The notes under the pieces are model-generated. The model made no database searches, had not been told where the DNA came from, and saw only the letters and a list, made by a program, of their open reading frames with translations. This document shows, piece after piece, positions 6,153 through 10,298 of a stretch of 10,298 bases of DNA. The position numbers and the translations under genes are program-made. Where the stretch lies: the NCBI GenBank assembly GCA_046597055.1, contig JBKJLC010000147.1:1-10298 (forward strand), read 5' to 3'. Source of the DNA: Kofleriaceae bacterium (GTDB taxonomy: Bacteria; Myxococcota_A; Polyangia; Haliangiales; Haliangiaceae). How positions within the stretch are numbered: position 1 is the stretch's first letter; each line of letters begins with the position of its first letter.

Positions 6153-7601
6153 GTGATCGGGGCGATCGAGACGATCGCTGCGCTGCCGGCGGCGGTGCTG
6201 GTGGTGGACGCCATCGGCGTGGTCCGCGCGCTCAACCCCGCGGCCGAGCGCCTGTTCGGCCTGGCGCCGTGCACGGGCGTCGGCCGGCCGGTGACCGGGC
6301 TGCTCGAGCTGCCCTGCCAGCGCGCCTGGTCGTTCGCGGCGCTCGCGGCCGACCCCGCCACGCCCGGGAGCGTCGCGGCGATCGGGCGTCGGGGTGACGG
6401 CGCCACGTTCGCGGCGTCGATCCGGGCGGCCGCGACCGACGACGGGCACGTGCTGGTCGTCGACGGTCAGCCAACCGCCGAGGTGCCGCGCCCGTCGGCG
6501 GACGAGCGCGTGCGGCGCCTGCTCGAGGTCGTGCGCGTGATCCCGTGGGAGGCCGACCTGACGACCAACCAGTTCACCTGGGTCGGCCCGCAGGCCGCAG
6601 CGATCCTCGGCTATCCCGCCGCCGACTGGTACACGCCCGACTTCTGGCCACGCCACATGCACCCCGATGACCGCGACCAGGCGCTCACGACTTGCGCGGG
6701 CGCGGCCGCGCGCACCGATCACTACTCGTTCGACTACCGGATGATCGCCGCCGACGGGCGAGTGGTCTGGATCTGCGACATCGTCACGGTGACGCGCCTC
6801 GGTGACCATCCGCGGCTCCTCACCGGCTACATGCTCGACGTCACCGAGGTGAAGGACGCCGAGCGGGCGCGCACGGAGCTGCTCGCCGAGGCCCAGGGCC
6901 TGCGCGCGACCGCCGAGGCCGCGCTGCGGCTGCGCGACGAGTTCCTCTCGATCGCCGCGCACGAGCTGTACACGCCGATCTCGTCGCTGCTCCTGATCAT
7001 GCAGAGCCTGCCCGACGCGTTCGCGCCGGGCGAGCGCTGGAGCAAGACCCGCCAGATCGCCCTGCGCCAGACCCGCCGGCTCGAGCACCTCAGCACCGAG
7101 CTCCTCGACGTGGCGCGGATCGAGGCCGGGCGGCTCGAGCTGCACCTCGAGCCGATCGACCTCGCCGACCTCGGACGCGAGATCGTGGAGCGCCACGAGC
7201 TGGATGCCGAGCAGGCCGGCTCGACCCTCTCGCTCGAGGCGGAGCCCACGGTGGGCAGCTGGGACCGCTCGCGCCTCGATCAGGTCATCACCAACCTGCT
7301 GCGCAACGCGCTCAAGTTCGGCAAGGGCACGCCGATCGCGCTCGTGATCGGCCACGACGGGACCCACGCCTCGCTCACCGTCACCGACCGCGGCATCGGG
7401 ATCCCACCCGATCGGCTCGAGCTGATCTTCGAGCCGTTCGAGCGCGCGGTGTCGGCGCGCGCCTACGGCGGGTTCGGCATGGGCCTGTACATCGCCCGGC
7501 GCGTGGTCGCGGCCCACGCCGGGACCATCCGCGCGACCAGTGAGCCCGGCGCGGGCGCGACGTTCACCGTCGAGCTGCCGCTGGTCTCGCCGGCCGGTTA
7601 G
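6153..7601 (+). CDS. Cytoplasmic PAS-PAS sensor histidine kinase (HisKA + HATPase_c)
   Basis: GTG start at 6153 with GAAGGA at 6140-6145. PAS1 is AVLVVDAIGVVRALNPAAERLFG; PAS2/PAC includes WPRHMHPDDRD and YRMIAADGRVVWI. H-box FLSIAAHELYTP, N-box QVITNLLRNALKF, G1 DRGIGIP, F-box IFEPFER and G2 GGFGMGLYI are present. No transmembrane segment was seen. Confidence 0.96.
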   Translation: MIGAIETIAALPAAVLVVDAIGVVRALNPAAERLFGLAPCTGVGRPVTGLLELPCQRAWSFAALAADPATPGSVAAIGRRGDGATFAASIRAAATDDGHVLVVDGQPTAEVPRPSADERVRRLLEVVRVIPWEADLTTNQFTWVGPQAAAILGYPAADWYTPDFWPRHMHPDDRDQALTTCAGAAARTDHYSFDYRMIAADGRVVWICDIVTVTRLGDHPRLLTGYMLDVTEVKDAERARTELLAEAQGLRATAEAALRLRDEFLSIAAHELYTPISSLLLIMQSLPDAFAPGERWSKTRQIALRQTRRLEHLSTELLDVARIEAGRLELHLEPIDLADLGREIVERHELDAEQAGSTLSLEAEPTVGSWDRSRLDQVITNLLRNALKFGKGTPIALVIGHDGTHASLTVTDRGIGIPPDRLELIFEPFERAVSARAYGGFGMGLYIARRVVAAHAGTIRATSEPGAGATFTVELPLVSPAG

Positions 7602-9057
7602 CTGGCCCCATCGCGCGGTGGCCGCGCAGCTGCAGCGCGCGCACGATCGCGGGCGGAACCCGGCGGAGCGGTGGCGGCGGCGGCGCTGACGCGCGGCGGA
7701 ACAGCCGGTTCGGATCCGGGGTCACGCCGGTCCAGGCCGCCAGTCGCCCGTAGATCTGCTCGCGGTCGCCCGGCGTGAGGTCCTTGAGATCGGCGCCGTG
7801 CGCGCCCTGGGCCGCGACCAGCCGCAGCGAGTCGGTGGCGCCGCCAAGCGAGAACATGCCGCCGCTCCACGGGTCCCACTCGCCGTAGAGGAAGATCAGG
7901 CGGTCCCCCTCGGTCTGCACCCAGGTGTCGATGTCGGGCATCGCGCCCGCCGCAAAGGCGGGGACCGCGACGTCGACCGGATACGCCCCGGCGTACGCCG
8001 CATCGTCGAACACCAGCAGGCCTTCGAGGTGCGCGTCCATCGTGCCCGGATAGCCGAGCTCGCCCTCGGCCTGGTAGTAGTACGCGTCGAACTCGTCCAG
8101 CTCGGCGTCCGACGACGACGACACCGGCGACACCCGCTCGACAAAGCTCCAGACCGCGGTGTCAGTCGCCGTCACCGCGGGCACGTCGCCACACCCGCTG
8201 GCGCCGACGTACTGCCAGAACGCCCACTCGAGCGAGATGACCGCGCTCTCGACCGCCGCCGGCAGCGCGATCCGCTGGTAGACATGCCCGGCGCTGCTGG
8301 CCTGCTCGGTCGCCGTGCGCTCGAGCGCCGCGCGGCGCCGACTCAGCAGCTCGACCTGCAGGTCGCGCACCGCCTGCCGGCACACCGGCGGGCCCAGGCC
8401 GTCGACGTGGGCGTCGTAGCGATAGTCGGGCGCACCGAAGGAGAGCGGCGCGACGTAGGCGACGGTGCCGTCGAGGTCGCCGGGATAGAACCGGCGGTGA
8501 TAGATCGAGGTCATCCCGCCCTTCGACGCGCCGGTCTCGAGCCACTTGCCGCGGTAGACGCGGCGGAGCGCCTGCGTGATCCGGTGGTGGTCGGCGGCCG
8601 CCTGGCGGATCGTGAGGAACTGCCAGGCGCCGGCGCCGCCGGCCGGGCGCGACGACCGGAAGAACCGGTGCTCGACCGCGACCTGGTTGCCCTGCAGGAG
8701 CCAGGTCAGCTGATGTGGGATGTCGTGGTACCAGTTGCCGTACCCGGTATGCAGCATCACGACCGGCGCGCTGGCGTCGCGGTGGATCAGGCTGACGTAC
8801 TGGCGGAACCGGGGTCCATCGGGAGCGTCGTGATCGACCGGCTGGTCGAACTGGATGCGGAAGTAGCGATACCCCGGGGTGTCGGTGCCGGCCTCGGCGA
8901 TGGTCCCGATCTCGGGTAATCCCCGCAGCTGCTCGAGAATGTCGCCGGCCGGTCCGTCGGGGACCTCGATGGCGGCGCCGTCGTCACCGCAGCCAGCCAG
9001 GAAGGGCGCCGCGGCCAGGATGGCGGTCAGGACGAGGCGGAGGTGCACCCGGCTCAT
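7564..9057 (-). CDS. Lipoprotein serine aminopeptidase, S28/S37 family (Streptomyces tripeptidyl aminopeptidase/PS-10-like)
   Basis: The signal peptide MSRVHLRLVLTAILAAAPFLAGC ends in the lipobox LAGC. Family motifs are FDQPVDH, AVEHRFF, nucleophile GASKGG, YVAP, FLYGEWDPW and C-terminal GAH. The start is ATG 9057 or GTG 9048. The 3' end overlaps the kinase gene by 38 bp. Confidence 0.9.
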   Translation of the reverse strand: MSRVHLRLVLTAILAAAPFLAGCGDDGAAIEVPDGPAGDILEQLRGLPEIGTIAEAGTDTPGYRYFRIQFDQPVDHDAPDGPRFRQYVSLIHRDASAPVVMLHTGYGNWYHDIPHQLTWLLQGNQVAVEHRFFRSSRPAGGAGAWQFLTIRQAAADHHRITQALRRVYRGKWLETGASKGGMTSIYHRRFYPGDLDGTVAYVAPLSFGAPDYRYDAHVDGLGPPVCRQAVRDLQVELLSRRRAALERTATEQASSAGHVYQRIALPAAVESAVISLEWAFWQYVGASGCGDVPAVTATDTAVWSFVERVSPVSSSSDAELDEFDAYYYQAEGELGYPGTMDAHLEGLLVFDDAAYAGAYPVDVAVPAFAAGAMPDIDTWVQTEGDRLIFLYGEWDPWSGGMFSLGGATDSLRLVAAQGAHGADLKDLTPGDREQIYGRLAAWTGVTPDPNRLFRRASAPPPPPLRRVPPAIVRALQLRGHRAMGPANRPARPAAARR

Positions 9058-9066
9058 GCTGGCACG
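9055..9066 (-). promoter_or_regulatory. Putative extended -10 element (TGn-CAGCAT) upstream of the peptidase gene
   Basis: Minus strand CGTGCCAGCATG, with CAGCAT ending 7 nt before the in-frame GTG at 9048. It is 11/12 identical to 2854-2865. Confidence 0.35.
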
Positions 9067-9122
9067 GCGGGAGCGCCCGGGGGCCAACATCGACGGGCAC
9101 GGCGAGGCCCGGGGTCATCACC

Positions 9123-9151
9123 TTGCACTGCGGCGCGTTCCTCGGTATGCG
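9123..9151 (+). promoter_or_regulatory. Putative sigma70-type promoter for ychF, possibly leaderless
   Basis: TTGCAC (9123-9128), 17 nt, TATGCG (9146-9151), then 8 nt to the ATG at 9160, with no SD in between. The -10 lacks the conserved last T. Confidence 0.4.
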
Positions 9152-9159
9152 TGCCGGCT

Positions 9160-10254
9160 ATGGCGCTGTCGGTCGGTATCGTCGGACTCCCCAACGTGGG
9201 CAAGAGCACGGTGTTCAACGCGTTGACCGCGGGCAAGGCCGAGGCTGCCAACTACCCGTTCTGCACGATCGACCCCAACGTCGGGATCGTGCCGGTGCCC
9301 GACCCGCGCCTGAAACGGATCCAGAAGTTGATCCCGACGCAGAAGGTCATCCCGGCGGTGGTCGAGATCGTCGACATCGCCGGCCTGGTCAAGGGCGCGT
9401 CGCAGGGTGAAGGCCTGGGCAACAAGTTCCTCGCGAACATCCGGGAAACCAACGCGATCCTCATGATGGTGCGCTGCTTCGAGGATCCCAACGTGATCCA
9501 CGTATCGGGCAGCGTCGATCCCATGCGCGACATCGACATCATCGATCTCGAGCTCGCGCTCGCCGACGTCGAGAGCACCGAGAAGCGGCTCAAGAAGGCG
9601 GCGAGCGCTGCCAAGACCGGCAACAAGGAGATCAAGGCCGAGTTCGCGCTCGTCGAGAAGGTTCACAACCACCTCTCCGAGGGCAAGGCCGCACGCTCTG
9701 CCCCGCTCACCGACGACGAGCGCAAGCTCGTCTCGACCTGGGGCCTGCTCACCGCCAAGCCCGTTCTCTACTGCTGCAACGTCGGCGAGTCGGATCTGCC
9801 GGACGGCAACGCCTTCAGCACTCTCGTCAAGGACCGCGCGAAGAGCGAGGCTGCCGGCGTCGTGATCCTGTGCGGCAAGGTCGAGTCCGAGCTCGCCGAG
9901 GTCGGCGAGGCGGATCGTGACGAGCTGCTCGCGTCCTACGGGCTCAAGGAGCCCGCGCTCGCGAGCCTCGCGCGCGAGTGCTACCGCCTGCTCGGTCTGC
10001 AGTCCTACTTCACCGCCGGTGAAAAGGAGATCCGCGCGTGGACCATCAAGAAGGGCGCCACGGGACCCGAGGCGGCCGGCGTGATCCACACCGACTTCGA
10101 GAAGGGCTTCATCCGCGCCAACGTCTATCAGCTCGCGGATCTCGATGCGCACCACACCGAGGCGGGCATCAAGGCCGCCGGCAAGCTGCGCGTGGAAGGC
10201 AAGGAGTACGTCGTCCAGGACGGCGACATCATGCACTTCCTGTTCAACGTCTGA
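9160..10254 (+). CDS. ychF: Ribosome-binding, redox-regulated Obg-family ATPase YchF (364 aa)
   Basis: Motifs are [12 protein letters not shown] (G1), [10 protein letters not shown] (G2), [20 protein letters not shown] (G3), NVGE (YchF-type NxxE G4) and TGS-region [16 protein letters not shown] and [22 protein letters not shown] 9160 gives the canonical N-terminus. Confidence 0.99.
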   Translation: MALSVGIVGLPNVGKSTVFNALTAGKAEAANYPFCTIDPNVGIVPVPDPRLKRIQKLIPTQKVIPAVVEIVDIAGLVKGASQGEGLGNKFLANIRETNAILMMVRCFEDPNVIHVSGSVDPMRDIDIIDLELALADVESTEKRLKKAASAAKTGNKEIKAEFALVEKVHNHLSEGKAARSAPLTDDERKLVSTWGLLTAKPVLYCCNVGESDLPDGNAFSTLVKDRAKSEAAGVVILCGKVESELAEVGEADRDELLASYGLKEPALASLARECYRLLGLQSYFTAGEKEIRAWTIKKGATGPEAAGVIHTDFEKGFIRANVYQLADLDAHHTEAGIKAAGKLRVEGKEYVVQDGDIMHFLFNV

Positions 10255-10298
10255 ACGCGGTCGCGCAGTACGTCGCGATCGCAAGCGGAACGCGCTCG

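Noticed and set aside
9060..9074. Sigma54-like TGGCACG-N4-GAGC (GG-N10-GC) upstream of ychF
   Set aside because: The -12 element lacks the TTGC consensus, and the same bases are explained as the reverse strand of the CGTGCCAGCATG motif of the peptidase gene.
470..10284. Long antisense or alternative-frame ORFs (470-1933 +, 2668-5028 -, 2826-4352 +, 6117-7517 -, 7798-8919 +, 9118-10284 -)
   Set aside because: They lie over well-supported genes, have no recognisable motifs, and show the shadow-ORF composition typical of high-GC codon bias.
1..10298. CRISPR array, tRNA/rRNA, transposase, integrase or reverse transcriptase
   Set aside because: No regularly spaced direct repeats, RNA-gene signatures or catalytic motifs of these families were seen. 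Without an RT, a retron reading of the palindrome is unsupported in this window.

Overview
Very GC-rich bacterial chromosomal DNA (about 70-75% GC by eye). The gene repertoire suggests Myxococcota, but that is inference. Seven coding genes are supportable: (1) an orphan ~837-aa modular protein (158-2671, -) with a DUF4157/eCIS-associated '[16 protein letters not shown]...VQR' segment, coiled coils and a hydrophobic helix, a candidate contractile-injection-system effector; (2) an alpha/beta hydrolase; (3) a TPR-like hypothetical protein; (4) an SDR oxidoreductase, probably co-transcribed with (3); (5) an orphan PAS-PAS histidine kinase; (6) a lipoprotein S28/S37-type serine aminopeptidase; (7) ychF. 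The most striking non-coding structure is a 169-bp palindrome at the window start. It has perfect 56-bp arms (1-56 and 114-169) around an imperfectly self-complementary 57-bp core, and it includes the stop codon of the candidate effector. It could be a real structured element, an inverted duplication or a fold-back artefact. Several genes, including ychF, have -10-like hexamers 6-8 nt before a start codon with no Shine-Dalgarno, suggesting leaderless mRNAs. No tRNA, rRNA, CRISPR array or transposase was seen.
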